This document shows positions 54,276 to 63,934 of a stretch of DNA of 64,000 bases, piece after piece (the first letter of the stretch is position 1; the number at the start of each line of letters is the position of its first letter). This DNA is from Planctomycetia bacterium (lineage in GTDB: Bacteria; Planctomycetota; Planctomycetia; Pirellulales; UBA1268). The stretch spans positions 2,623 through 66,622 of the forward strand of contig BJHK01000001.1 of assembly GCA_014192425.1 (NCBI GenBank), given 5' to 3'. Under the pieces are notes generated by a model. That model was not told the origin of the DNA, did not search any database, and saw nothing but the letters and a program-made list of their open reading frames with translations. The position numbers were made by a program, and so were the translations under genes.

Positions 54276-56438
54276 TCAGCCTCCCGCGGCGGCCTGCTCC
54301 GCGGCATTCGTCGCCGCAACGGTCCGCTGCTCGAGCAACTCAATCTGGCAGCGGCGGGCCGGTTCCCCCGCTGCCGGGGAGAGCAGGTGGAACACGCCGC
54401 CGGCATCGAGCCGCCGGGCGCGGGTGTTGTCGGCCAGGTAGACCGGCACGATCTCGCGGAGCACTCGGTCGCGCAGTTCGGGATCGAGCAGCGGAAACAT
54501 CACCTCCACGCGCCGGAAGAAATTCCGCGGCATCCAGTCGGCGCTGGAGAGGAACACCCGGGCGTCGTCGTCGGGTCCGAAGACGTAGATCCGGCTGTGC
54601 TCGAGGAACCGATCGACGATGCTGTGGACGCGGATCGTTTCGCTGAGGCCCGCCACGCCCGGCCTCAGGCAGCAGATGCCGCGGGCGATGATGTCGATCG
54701 GCACGCCGGCCTGGCTGGCCCGATAGAGGGCCTCGATGACCCGCTGGTCGACGAGCGAGTTGAGTTTGGCGAAGATCCGGGACGGCCGCCCCGACCGGGC
54801 CCGCTCCGCCTGCTCGTCGATGAGTTCGAGCGTGCGCCGGTGGAGGTCGGTGGGGGCGACGATCAGCCGGCGCCAGGCATGCCCCTGCGAGTAGCCGGTG
54901 AGCAGGTTGAACAGCGCCGAGGCGTCCTCGGCCACCGCCTCGTCGGCCGTGAACAGGCCGAGGTCGGTGTAGGTGAGGGCGGTGGTCGGGTTGTAGTTGC
55001 CGGTGCCGAGGTGCACGTAGCGGCGCAGCCCCTGCCCCTCCTGGCGAACGACGAGCGACACCTTGCAATGCGTCTTCAGGTCGAGGAAGCCGAACACCAC
55101 GTGGACGCCTGCCCGCTCCATCTGGCGGGCCCAGCTGACGTTGTTGGCCTCGTCGAACCGGGCCTTGAGTTCGACGAGGGCGGTGACGTGCTTGCCCGCC
55201 TCGGCGGCCGCGATCAGGGCCCGGGAGATCGGCGAGTCGCCGCTGGTCCGATAGAGCGTCTGCTTGATGGCCAGCACCCGCGGGTCGTTGGCGGCGCTGG
55301 TCACGAACTCAACCACCGGATCGAACGAGTCGTAGGGATGGTGGAGGAGGATGTCCCGCTGGGCGATGGCGGCGAAGATGTCGGGGCCGCGCCGCTCCAG
55401 GCCGCGCGGCACGCGCGGCACGAACGGCTTGTCGTGGAGCCGCTCGTAGCCGGGGAGCCGGTACAACTCCCAGATCGCCGTCAGGTCGAGCGGGCCGTCG
55501 ATCCTGTAGACCTCGCTGTAGCGGTCGGCCTGGCCGTCGTCGGCCCCCTGCAGGCCTTCGTCGTCGATGATCATCCGCGTGATCGCGTCGTCGGCCTTGG
55601 CGGCGACCTCGATCCGCACCGCCTGCCCGCGCTGCCGGGCCTTGAGCCGGTCCTCGATGAGCCGGAGCATGTCGTCCGACTCCTGCTCGAGGAGTTCGAG
55701 GTCGCTGTCGCGGGTGATGCGGAAGGCGGTCCAGGACTCGATCTCGAAGCCGCCGAAGAGCTCCGGGAGCCGGGCCGAGACGAGGTCCTCGAGGAGCATG
55801 AAGGGCATCGTGCCCGGCTCGCCGCCGCCGACCGCGACGATCCGCGGCAGCACCTGCGGCACCTGCACGACGGCGAACATCCGCTTCGGCCCCAGCCCCT
55901 CGGAGCGGGCGAGCATGACCCCGAGGTACAGGCCGCGATTGTGGTAGCGCGGTGAAGGATGGGCCGGATCGACGGCCATGGGCGTGAGGATCGGCAGGGC
56001 GCGCTCGCGGAAGAAGCGGTCGACCCGCTCGCGCTGTTCGGTGTCGAGCGCGTCGTAGCGCAGGAGCCGGAAGCCCTCCGCCTCGAGCGCCGGGGCGAGG
56101 CTTTCGCGCAGGCAGCGGTACTGCCGGGCGACGAGTTCCTGCGTCCGCCGGGCGATCGCCTTGAGTTGCTCCAGCGCCGTTAGGCCGTCGGGGGAGTAGT
56201 CCTGCGGGGCGCTCTCTCCGAACGCCTGCTCGCGCAGGCCGGAGACCCGGACCATGAAGAACTCGTCGAGGTTCGAGCTGCAGATGGCGATGAACTTGAG
56301 TCGCTCGAAGAGCGGGTTGTCGGCGTTCTCCGCCTCCTCGAGGACGCGGACGTTGAACTCCAGCCAGCTCAGCTCCCGGTTCAGGAAGCACTCCGGCCCC
56401 ATGTCGCCCGACACCGCACCATCCTGACCGTCGCTCAT
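54276..56438 (-). CDS. ppk: polyphosphate kinase 1
   Basis: FLNRELSWLEFNVRVLEEA, NLDEFFMVRV, HCKVSLVVR and the two PLD-like C-terminal domains. About 720 aa. Confidence 0.9.
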   Translation of the reverse strand: MSDGQDGAVSGDMGPECFLNRELSWLEFNVRVLEEAENADNPLFERLKFIAICSSNLDEFFMVRVSGLREQAFGESAPQDYSPDGLTALEQLKAIARRTQELVARQYRCLRESLAPALEAEGFRLLRYDALDTEQRERVDRFFRERALPILTPMAVDPAHPSPRYHNRGLYLGVMLARSEGLGPKRMFAVVQVPQVLPRIVAVGGGEPGTMPFMLLEDLVSARLPELFGGFEIESWTAFRITRDSDLELLEQESDDMLRLIEDRLKARQRGQAVRIEVAAKADDAITRMIIDDEGLQGADDGQADRYSEVYRIDGPLDLTAIWELYRLPGYERLHDKPFVPRVPRGLERRGPDIFAAIAQRDILLHHPYDSFDPVVEFVTSAANDPRVLAIKQTLYRTSGDSPISRALIAAAEAGKHVTALVELKARFDEANNVSWARQMERAGVHVVFGFLDLKTHCKVSLVVRQEGQGLRRYVHLGTGNYNPTTALTYTDLGLFTADEAVAEDASALFNLLTGYSQGHAWRRLIVAPTDLHRRTLELIDEQAERARSGRPSRIFAKLNSLVDQRVIEALYRASQAGVPIDIIARGICCLRPGVAGLSETIRVHSIVDRFLEHSRIYVFGPDDDARVFLSSADWMPRNFFRRVEVMFPLLDPELRDRVLREIVPVYLADNTRARRLDAGGVFHLLSPAAGEPARRCQIELLEQRTVAATNAAEQAAAGG

Positions 56439-56673
56439 CGCCAGACCACTCCACTCCACGCATTCGGCACCCGCCGTCGCGACGAGTCTACCCTGTCGTG
56501 CGGTTTGGTCTTCCCCGGGGCCGGCCGGCCGCCCCGTGGCGGCTCAGCGGGGCGCACGTGGCGGGCACACGGCCGCGGCTGCGAGTACCATGATTTGCCG
56601 TTCGCTGGGCGGCGACCTGCGCGGGTCTGTCGACAGCCGGCACGCCTGTCACCGTCCGTGGAACACGTGACCG

Positions 56674-57714
56674 ATGCGGTTTTTCCCCCCTCTCGACCAC
56701 GGGCAACGCCGCGGGTTTCCTGGCGCGCGGGCCGTCGCATCCAGCCCGGACGGATCTGCGCCACGGTCTGGCGCTGCCCCCGACACGCTTGCCGTGATCC
56801 AGGGTGCGCTGACGAGCATCCCCCTGACCTGCCCGCGCTGGGGCCGCGGCTGGTGCGTTGCCGCGGCCTCGATCCTCGAGGCGTCGGCGCCGAAGGCGGG
56901 CAACGTGCATCCCGGGGCGTCGTTCGCCGATCTCTTCCACGACGACTTCGTGGCCGCCGCGCTGGCGATCGCGCCGGTGTTCGAGGCGGCCGCAGCCGCG
57001 CCGGTCGGCGTTCCCGTGCGCGCGGCCGTCGAGGCGTCCGCCGCGGTGACGCGGTCGAACGCCAACCTCGGGATCGTGCTCGCGCTGGCGCCGCTGGCCG
57101 CTGTGCCGCGCGAGGCCGGTAGCGCCGCGCAGGCGATCGGGAACGGCGCCGTCGAACGGGTGCTGGCCGGGCTCACGCCGGCCGATGCCGCGGCCGTGTG
57201 GCAGGCGATCGCGGTCGCGCGTCCCGGCGGCCTGGGAACGAGCGCGCGGTTCGACCTCGACGGGCCGCCGCCGGCGGACCTGCGGGCCGCGATGGCGCAC
57301 GCCGCCGACCGTGACCAGATCGCTGCCCTCTGGGCGCGGGGCTACGCCGGCCTGCTCGCCGGACCGGCCGCCGACCTGGCCCGCGAGTTCGCGGCCGGCG
57401 CCGGACTCGCCGACGCGATCGTCCGCGCCCACGTCGTCCAGTTGGCCCGTGAACCCGATTCGCTGATCGCCCGGCGCCACGGGCCGGCGCGGGCGGCGGA
57501 GGTCTCCCGCGCGGCGGCGGCCATCCCCCTCGCGACCGCGGCGTGGCGGACCGCCGTGGCGGACTTCGACGGCGGCCTGCGTGCGGCCGGAGTGAATCCG
57601 GGCACCAGCGCCGACCTGATTGCGGCGGCGCTGTACATTCTTCTCGACGACGCCGGCCTGCGTGACCGGTGCGGCCTGTCCCGACTTCTCGCCCCGGTGG
57701 TCGCAGAGCGATGA
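56674..57714 (+). CDS. CitG/MdcB-family triphosphoribosyl-dephospho-CoA synthase-like protein (H4MPT-cluster type)
   Basis: EASAPKAGNVHP, NANLGIVLALAPL, PDSLIARRHG and NPGTSADLIAAALY blocks. ATGA overlap with the next gene. N-terminal start uncertain. Confidence 0.75.
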   Translation: MRFFPPLDHGQRRGFPGARAVASSPDGSAPRSGAAPDTLAVIQGALTSIPLTCPRWGRGWCVAAASILEASAPKAGNVHPGASFADLFHDDFVAAALAIAPVFEAAAAAPVGVPVRAAVEASAAVTRSNANLGIVLALAPLAAVPREAGSAAQAIGNGAVERVLAGLTPADAAAVWQAIAVARPGGLGTSARFDLDGPPPADLRAAMAHAADRDQIAALWARGYAGLLAGPAADLAREFAAGAGLADAIVRAHVVQLAREPDSLIARRHGPARAAEVSRAAAAIPLATAAWRTAVADFDGGLRAAGVNPGTSADLIAAALYILLDDAGLRDRCGLSRLLAPVVAER

Positions 57715-58214
57715 ACGAGCGTTTCAGCATCCAACTGCGCAAAGCCGTGCACGTCTTCGCCGCCGGGCACTTCATCACGCTCACGGACGACCTCTGTGAG
57801 GCGGTCCACGGCCACAATTGGACCGTCGGGGTCGATGTCGAGGCCGAACCAGACGCCCACGGGATGGTCGTGGACTTCATCGCCCTGCGCGACCTCGTGA
57901 CGCGGATCGTGAGCCGGCTCGACCACCGCATGCTCCTGCCGGCCGACAATCCGCTGCTCGAGGTGACGACAGCGGACGGACCGACTGGGCGGGCCGAGAC
58001 GACGGTGCGGTTTCAGGACCGGCGCTGGGTGTTCCCGGCCGACGAGTGCGTGGTCCTGCCGATCCGCAACACGACGGCCGAGTGGATCGCCCGCTGGATC
58101 GGCATTGAACTGCTCGGGGCCTGTCCCGCCGCCGGCATCGCCGAGCCGCGGGTGCTGCGGGTCGCGGTCGACGAGTGCCTCGGCCAGTCGGGCGTCTGGG
58201 AACGGGGCCGCTGA
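57711..58214 (+). CDS. 6-pyruvoyl-tetrahydropterin synthase family protein (PTPS/QueD-like)
   Basis: FAAGHFI...CEAVHGHNWTVGV...GMVVDF...LDHRML motifs. 167 aa. Confidence 0.85.
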   Translation: MNERFSIQLRKAVHVFAAGHFITLTDDLCEAVHGHNWTVGVDVEAEPDAHGMVVDFIALRDLVTRIVSRLDHRMLLPADNPLLEVTTADGPTGRAETTVRFQDRRWVFPADECVVLPIRNTTAEWIARWIGIELLGACPAAGIAEPRVLRVAVDECLGQSGVWERGR

Positions 58215-58265
58215 CCGGGCGGCGGACCTGCGCGGTGGGCTTTGGGACCCCGGCGGCGGTGAAGC

Positions 58266-59774
58266 ATGCATGACCGACGGCTCAGTCTGACGACGTTCGT
58301 TCTCGCCATCGTTGCCATCGGCCCTGGCTGCGCGCCACGGATCACGCCGACAGACGCGGCTCGCATGAACACCTTCACGCTGCAGGCGGCCGCGGCCCAG
58401 GCGTCGTCGCTCGAAGACTCGGCATTCTTCTTTCTGGCCGCGCAAATGCGGTACAAGATCGATCGCCAGGTGTACCCTTCAGCGCAGACCGGCGCGGACG
58501 ATCCCGCGGTCCTGAAGTCGGCCATGAACGCAGTGATTGGCCAGGCCATCATGTCCAAGGTCGCTGCCGATCCAACGGCCCGCGGCAAGGCGCTCGCCAG
58601 GCTCGCGGGATGGTTTCCGGAATTTCCCGCCGGCTACGCCCCGGGCTGGAAGTTCACAAAGCAGCTCGACGCCGCCGCGACGGCGAAGGTGATCGAGTCG
58701 GTTCGAGCCGACGTCCTCAAGGCACTGAAGGCCCAGAACAGGCTCGCCGACGATGACGAACACGGAAGGCTCTCGAAAGAACTCGCCGCCGCCGCAGGCG
58801 AAGTGAATCGACTGGAATCACTCGCGGCCAAGAGTCGGCCCCTGCCGGACCAGTTGCGGGATCAGATCATCTCGGCCCACCGGCGGGCAACGGATATCGC
58901 CGAGCGCATGAAAGACATCGAATTTCACCTGCTGCCCGACTCCCGCTGGCATGCCCGCATCGGCTGGAAAGCGGAGGAGTTTTTCGCGAACGAACAGGTG
59001 ATCGCCCTGTGTAAGGCGATCGAGGCCGACGAACTGGCGACCATGCGGGAACTGATCGCCGCGGGCGTCGACGTGAATGCGGTCGGCAAAAACGGCATGA
59101 CGCCGCTCCTCTGGGCCTTCCCGGATCGAAAACTCGAGCGGTTCAGGCTGCTCCTCCAGCACGGAGCGAATCCCAACGTTCCGCTGACCGGCGACGTCGG
59201 CCTCAAGGACAAGGCGTTCCATCCGTACGTCAAAGGCGGCGCGTCGTTCCTCGACCGCGGATGCCATGAAGGCCATACCGTCATGCTGTTGGCATGCCGA
59301 TCACCCGTCGGCGAGTACTTTCAGGCCGTCATGGAACATGGTGGCGACGCGACGCTCGCCGATACGAAGACCGGCGAGGTGCCGCTGGACATCGTCCTCG
59401 ACCGGTACATTCCCGACTCGCGACAGCGGGTCGAGGTGCTGCTGCGGCATGACGTCGCCCTCGACCGCCACTCGCCGTGGCGTTCGGCATCCCCGCTCGT
59501 CGCGGCGTTTGACAACGGCCACTACGACGTGGCCGTGCTGTTGCTCGAGTCCGGCGCCGACCCAACACTCGTCCATCCGAACTTCGGGCGACGACTGATT
59601 CACGAAATCGCCCGGAGCCTGCAGCCCGACGCCGCGGGCCGCGTCCGTGCCATCGACGAAACCCTGCAGTCGCTCATCGACAAGCTGGCTGCGCGGGGAG
59701 AAACCCTCGCCCAGGCGGAGATGGATGTGAAGGAGCGCAAGGCCAAACGGCCGCCCGTTCGCGGGCGTGAATAG
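58266..59774 (+). CDS. probable lipoprotein with C-terminal ankyrin repeats
   Basis: LAIVAIGPGC lipobox-like signal. GMTPLLWAF...LLLQHGANPN and further ANK-like repeats. Somewhat lower GC by eye. Confidence 0.75.
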   Translation: MHDRRLSLTTFVLAIVAIGPGCAPRITPTDAARMNTFTLQAAAAQASSLEDSAFFFLAAQMRYKIDRQVYPSAQTGADDPAVLKSAMNAVIGQAIMSKVAADPTARGKALARLAGWFPEFPAGYAPGWKFTKQLDAAATAKVIESVRADVLKALKAQNRLADDDEHGRLSKELAAAAGEVNRLESLAAKSRPLPDQLRDQIISAHRRATDIAERMKDIEFHLLPDSRWHARIGWKAEEFFANEQVIALCKAIEADELATMRELIAAGVDVNAVGKNGMTPLLWAFPDRKLERFRLLLQHGANPNVPLTGDVGLKDKAFHPYVKGGASFLDRGCHEGHTVMLLACRSPVGEYFQAVMEHGGDATLADTKTGEVPLDIVLDRYIPDSRQRVEVLLRHDVALDRHSPWRSASPLVAAFDNGHYDVAVLLLESGADPTLVHPNFGRRLIHEIARSLQPDAAGRVRAIDETLQSLIDKLAARGETLAQAEMDVKERKAKRPPVRGRE

Positions 59775-59852
59775 CGCGGGATGACGACAGCCGAGCGTCC
59801 GCCCATGACTCGGGGTCGGTTCAGCGTCGCATCCGACCGGCCCGGCCACGGT

Positions 59853-60524
59853 TCAGGCGTCGGCGACGAGCAGCCGGCCGGCGGCGTCGAGAGACAGCGA
59901 CAGCGGCCGGTCGCCGAGGACGATGCGCATCAGGCCGGCGCCGGCCGGATTCGCGTCGACGCGGCCGATCGTCCCCAGCCCGAGCCCCGACTCGGTCAGG
60001 TAGCGCAGGAACTCCGAAGACTGGTCGAGCACCCGGGCGAGCCTGAAGCCTTTGCCGGCGGTGCATTCGGACAGCGGCCGCATCGGCATGTCATCGCCGT
60101 CGGGAAGCGACAGGGCATCGGCCCGTGGGATCGGATCGCCATGGGGGTCGACCTCGGGCCGGCCGAGGAAGGCGTCGATGCGGTCGATGAGCAGGTCGCT
60201 GACCGCGTGCTCGAGGTGCTCCGCCTCGTCGTGGACCTCGTCCCAGGTGAGCGAGAGCGTCTTGAGCAGGAACAGCTCGATGAGCCGGTGGCGCCGGATC
60301 ATGCGCAGGGCGAGCACCTTGCCGGCGCGGGTCAGGGCGACGCCCTCGTAGGGGCGATGCGTGGCGAGCCGGGCGGCGTCGAGCGTCTTGAGCATGCTCG
60401 TCACCGTGCCGGGCGCCACGCCGAGCGCGTTGGCGATCTGGCCGGTGCTCGCCGGCCGGCCCGACTGGGCCGCAGCGATCTGGTAAATCGTCTTCACGTA
60501 GTTTTCGACCGTCAGGCTGGGCAT
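59853..60524 (-). CDS. DtxR/MntR-family metal-dependent transcriptional repressor
   Basis: ENYVKTIYQI...TGQIANALGVAPGTVTSMLKTL wHTH, RHRLIELFL dimerisation/metal region, C-terminal FeoA/SH3-like domain. 223 aa. Confidence 0.85.
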   Translation of the reverse strand: MPSLTVENYVKTIYQIAAAQSGRPASTGQIANALGVAPGTVTSMLKTLDAARLATHRPYEGVALTRAGKVLALRMIRRHRLIELFLLKTLSLTWDEVHDEAEHLEHAVSDLLIDRIDAFLGRPEVDPHGDPIPRADALSLPDGDDMPMRPLSECTAGKGFRLARVLDQSSEFLRYLTESGLGLGTIGRVDANPAGAGLMRIVLGDRPLSLSLDAAGRLLVADA

Positions 60525-60639
60525 CGGGCTGCCTCAGGATTCGGAGGGCGAATTGGCGGGGCGCGTTGTCGGCCCGGCGGACGACCGTCATTATGGCCTC
60601 CCGTCCCACACGATCCGATACCGGCCCCGGAGACCGACC

Positions 60640-61626
60640 ATGCACCTCAACGGCGCGGCCCTCGCGATCGCCGAACCGCTCTGTGCCCGCCCCGCAACCG
60701 TCGGCGCCGCCCTGCACGTCGTCGGCGGCGCCCGTGTCCTCGATTGCGGCGTCGCCGCGGCCGGTGGCAGCGAGGCGGGGCTGGGGATGGCGCGGGTCGC
60801 CCTCGGTGGCCTGGGGAGCGTCACCTTGGAGCCGGCAGCTCGGCCCGGCGCGGCGCCGCTGCCCGGTTGGCCCGACTGCCCGTGGCCCGTCGTCACCGTC
60901 TCCAGCGATGCGCCCGTCGCCGCCTGCCTGGCTGCCCAATATGCCGGCTGGCGGGTCAAGGAGGCGGGCTACTTCGCGATGGCCAGCGGCCCGATCCGGG
61001 CGGCGATCGGCCGCGAGGAGCTGTACGACGACATCGGCATGCGCGAACGGTCGCCGTCGGTCGTCGGGCTGCTCGAGACCGACAGGCTGCCACCGGCGGA
61101 GGTCTGCCGCCGGTTGGCGGCCGACGCCGGCGTGCCCCCGGAGCACCTGCTGCTGCTCGTGGCGCGAACGGCGAGCACGGCGGGCACGCTGCAGGTGACC
61201 GCGCGGTCGCTGGAAACCGCGCTCCACCAGCTCCACGAGTTGAAGTTCGACCTCGGCAGGATCCGGCGCGGCGGCGGCCGGGCCCCGCTGCCGCCCGTGC
61301 CGGAGCCGGCCGACGACCTGGTGGCGATCGGCCGCACCAACGACGCGATCCTCTACGGCGGCCACGTCGTGCTCGAGGTGACGGGGGACGACGACAGCCT
61401 GCGGGCGGTCGGGCCGCGGGTGGTGAGCCGCGGATCGGCATCTCACGGCGAGCCGTTCGCCAGCCTGTTCGCCAAGGCGGGGGGCGACTTCTACGCCCTC
61501 GATCCCGCCCTGTTCGCGCCAGCCGTCGTCGAGTTCGTCAACGTCGACACGGGCGTTCGGCACCTGTTCGGCGGCCTCGAGCCGCTGGTCGTGGCCCGGT
61601 CGTTCGGCGGCGACACGGGGGCCTGA
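60640..61626 (+). CDS. mch: methenyltetrahydromethanopterin cyclohydrolase
   Basis: VLDCGVAAAGGSEAGLGMARVALGGLGSV, ACLAAQYAGW, FAMASGP and GRTNDAILYGG blocks typical of Mch. ATG at 60640. Confidence 0.85.
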   Translation: MHLNGAALAIAEPLCARPATVGAALHVVGGARVLDCGVAAAGGSEAGLGMARVALGGLGSVTLEPAARPGAAPLPGWPDCPWPVVTVSSDAPVAACLAAQYAGWRVKEAGYFAMASGPIRAAIGREELYDDIGMRERSPSVVGLLETDRLPPAEVCRRLAADAGVPPEHLLLLVARTASTAGTLQVTARSLETALHQLHELKFDLGRIRRGGGRAPLPPVPEPADDLVAIGRTNDAILYGGHVVLEVTGDDDSLRAVGPRVVSRGSASHGEPFASLFAKAGGDFYALDPALFAPAVVEFVNVDTGVRHLFGGLEPLVVARSFGGDTGA

Positions 61627-61629
61627 CCG

Positions 61630-62505
61630 ATGCGCGTGGCCGTGGTTGGGGAGCCCGGCGGGTGGCACGTGGGCCGGATCGTCGCCGCGCTCGCCGCCCG
61701 TGGGCACGAGGCGAGCGTCGTCCCCTGGGCCACTCTCGGTGCCCGCATCTCGCGCGACGGCGACACGTTCCTCCCCGAGCCGCTCGCCGGCAGCGACGTC
61801 GTCGCCGTCCGCGGCATGCCCGGCGCGGGGGGCCATGCGGCCCGGCTCGAGGATGTCGTGTTTCGCATGGACGTCCTCGCAAGGCTGGCCACCCGGGGCA
61901 CGCGGATCGTCAACAGCCCGCGGGCACTGGAGGTGGCGATCGACAAGTACCTGTCGCTGTCATTGCTCGCCGCCGCGGGCCTCCCCGTGCCGGCAACGCG
62001 GGTCGCTCAGGGGGCCGCGGCAGCGGTCGCAGCCGCCGCTGAGCTGGGAACACCCTGCGTTCTGAAGCCGCTCTTCGGCTCACGGGGACGCGGAATCGAA
62101 CTGCTCGAAAGCCCCCAAGCGGTTGCGGCCGCGGTCGCCGCCACCGGCACGGTCGCCTACCTCCAGGAGTTCGTGCCCCACGAGGGCTGGGACGTCCGCA
62201 TTCTGGTGGTCGGGGCCGAACGGTTTGCGATCCGCCGCGTGGCTCCCCCGGGGGACTGGCGGACCAACGTCTCGCTGGGAGGCCGCCCTGAGCGGTTCGA
62301 GCCGCCGGCAGACTGGGTAAGTCTGGCGGTTCGAGCGGCGGCCGCCGTGTCGGCGGAAGTGGCCGGGGTGGACATTGTTCCCGCCCGCGACGGGCGCGTG
62401 CTCGTCCTCGAGGTGAACGCCATCCCCGGGTGGCGCGGCCTCGAAGCCGCCACCGGTCGCGACGTCGCCGCGGCGCTGGTCCGGCACCTCGAGTCCGGTC
62501 TCTGA
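61630..62505 (+). CDS. RimK-type ATP-grasp ligase (MptN-like, H4MPT glutamylation candidate)
   Basis: IVNSPRALEVAIDKYLS, VLKPLFGSRGRGI, WRTNVSLGG, GVDIV...LEVNAIPGW. 291 aa. Confidence 0.8.
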   Translation: MRVAVVGEPGGWHVGRIVAALAARGHEASVVPWATLGARISRDGDTFLPEPLAGSDVVAVRGMPGAGGHAARLEDVVFRMDVLARLATRGTRIVNSPRALEVAIDKYLSLSLLAAAGLPVPATRVAQGAAAAVAAAAELGTPCVLKPLFGSRGRGIELLESPQAVAAAVAATGTVAYLQEFVPHEGWDVRILVVGAERFAIRRVAPPGDWRTNVSLGGRPERFEPPADWVSLAVRAAAAVSAEVAGVDIVPARDGRVLVLEVNAIPGWRGLEAATGRDVAAALVRHLESGL

Positions 62506-62566
62506 ACCGGTTCCTGATTCAGCCGACCACAGGACAGGCATGAGGAAGACCACACAGGACAGGGGC

Positions 62567-62710
62567 GGCCGGAGAGGACAGGCATCGAGGGGCCGGAGAG
62601 GACAGGCATCGAGGGGCCGGAGAGGACAGGCATCGAGGGGCCGGAGAGGACAGGCATCGAGGGGCCGGAGAGGACAGGCATCGAGGGGCCGGAGAGGACA
62701 GGCATCGAGG
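62567..62710. repeat. six perfect tandem copies of a 24-bp unit GGCCGGAGAGGACAGGCATCGAGG
   Basis: Read directly. Unit starts at 62567, 62591, 62615, 62639, 62663 and 62687. One to two degenerate copies precede it (62527-62566). Confidence 0.95.
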
Positions 62711-62998
62711 GAGGGGCAGAGGGCGCAATACCGGGGGCGTCACGACCCGGACATTTGGCAGATGCGAAACGGAAGGCCTGCCTACAAACGAGGCACGAAC
62801 ACCGCCGCCCGAAAAGGAGGCAGCGCTGCACGGAAACAAGGCGAGGCTTTGCGTGCAGTCGCAAGTCGTTATGCGACAAGGAGTTGCAGATTTCGCTTGA
62901 CGGCCGGCAAGAGTTTCCGCGGTTGGGCGTCCAGGGCCGGCAACGAGTCGGCTTCAAAGGGCGGCCATTACCAAGCCATCCCCGTCAAGGAATCGACG

Positions 62999-63466
62999 AT
63001 GCCAGCGAAGGCGACCCTCAAGCTCCCCCGATCCTCGTCCCCCGAGATCCGCTCCGTCCTCGGCGTGGCCGAGCGGCTCCATGCCATGAATCCGGAGTGG
63101 GTGGTCTTCTTCAGGGAGATCCTCGGAATCGACGGGGTCGTGCGCCGCAGCTTCCGGACCGCTGACGGCATGCGGGCCTTCGAGTGCTCGCCGGAATATG
63201 CCCGGATCAAGGAGATGCTCGACGATCTCCGGCAGCGGCCCACGGCACCGGCGGCCGGCGACCGGGAGGTGCAGCGGGTGGTCACGGTCCGCATGCCCCG
63301 GTCGCTCCATGAGTCTCTCAAGAACGAGGCCGACGATCTGCGCGTGAGCATCAACACGCTGTGCATCGCGAAGCTCATGAAGCTGCTCGATGCCCAGGAC
63401 CGGCGGAATCTCGAGGACATGCAGGCCGCCTCCGAGCCGGCGGGCCGTCCGCGCCGCGCCCGCTGA
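62999..63466 (+). CDS. hypothetical protein with C-terminal ribbon-helix-helix (Arc/CopG/HicB-like) DNA-binding motif
   Basis: ATG at 62999 with AAGGA upstream. C-terminus RVVTVRMPRSLHESLKNEADDLRVSINTLCIAKLMKLL fits beta-strand/helix/helix of RHH proteins. The track ORF from 62540 is over-extended through the repeat. Confidence 0.6.
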   Translation: MPAKATLKLPRSSSPEIRSVLGVAERLHAMNPEWVVFFREILGIDGVVRRSFRTADGMRAFECSPEYARIKEMLDDLRQRPTAPAAGDREVQRVVTVRMPRSLHESLKNEADDLRVSINTLCIAKLMKLLDAQDRRNLEDMQAASEPAGRPRRAR

Positions 63467-63486
63467 ACGGGCGCGGACCGGGAAAG

Positions 63487-63934
63487 CGGGGGACCGGAGC
63501 GGGCCTGTAAGCCGGGTTCTGTCCCTCGCAGGGCGAGGGAGGCGACCATTTCTCTACGGCCGCGGTTGCCCGCGGCCTCCAGCAGCCGACCCGGAAGCGG
63601 GGGCGAGACGGGCCGCCTCGCGCCGGGATGGCCCCTGACGGGGTCGTCCCGAACTTCTTCCTGCTTGGCCTTGCTCCCGATGGGGTTTACCGAGCCAGAC
63701 CGGTCACCCGGTCTGCTGGTGAGCTCTTACCTCACCGTTTCACCCTTACCTGACGGGCGAACCCGCCGGGCGGTTTACTTTCTGTGGCACTGTCCCTGGC
63801 CTCGCGGCCGGTGGGCGTTACCCACCATCGAGCCCTGTGGAGCCCGGACTTTCCTCCCGCCCGCTGCCCGTCGCGCCCACTCCCGGGACGCGGCGGGCAG
63901 CGGGCCGGCGATCGCCTGGCCCACTCCGATCCAC
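63487..63934 (-). ncRNA. rnpB: RNase P RNA, bacterial type A
   Basis: The reverse complement contains GGAGGAAAGTCCGGGCTCCACAGGGC, CAGTGCCACAGAAA, GGTAAGGGTGAAACGGTGAGGTAAGAGCTCACC, GGTAAACCCCATCGGGAGCAAGGCCAAG and ACAGAACCCGGCTTA. A 15-bp P1 forms between 63918-63932 and 63494-63508. Ends are approximate. Confidence 0.93.

Noticed and set aside
59781-62042. 753-aa plus-strand ORF spanning dtxR, mch and the RimK-like gene
   Set aside because: It is antisense to the DtxR-family gene and out of frame with mch and the RimK-like gene, all of which have clear family motifs. Its own translation is Arg/Pro/Gly-rich.
62519-62998. Octapeptide-repeat proteins: (RGRRGQAS)6 as the N-terminus of ORF 62540..63466 and (CLSSPAPR)6 in ORF 62519..62839
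   Set aside because: These are artefacts of a 24-bp (3 x 8) repeat keeping frames open on both strands. A credible start with an RBS exists only at 62999. Not fully excluded; see finding.
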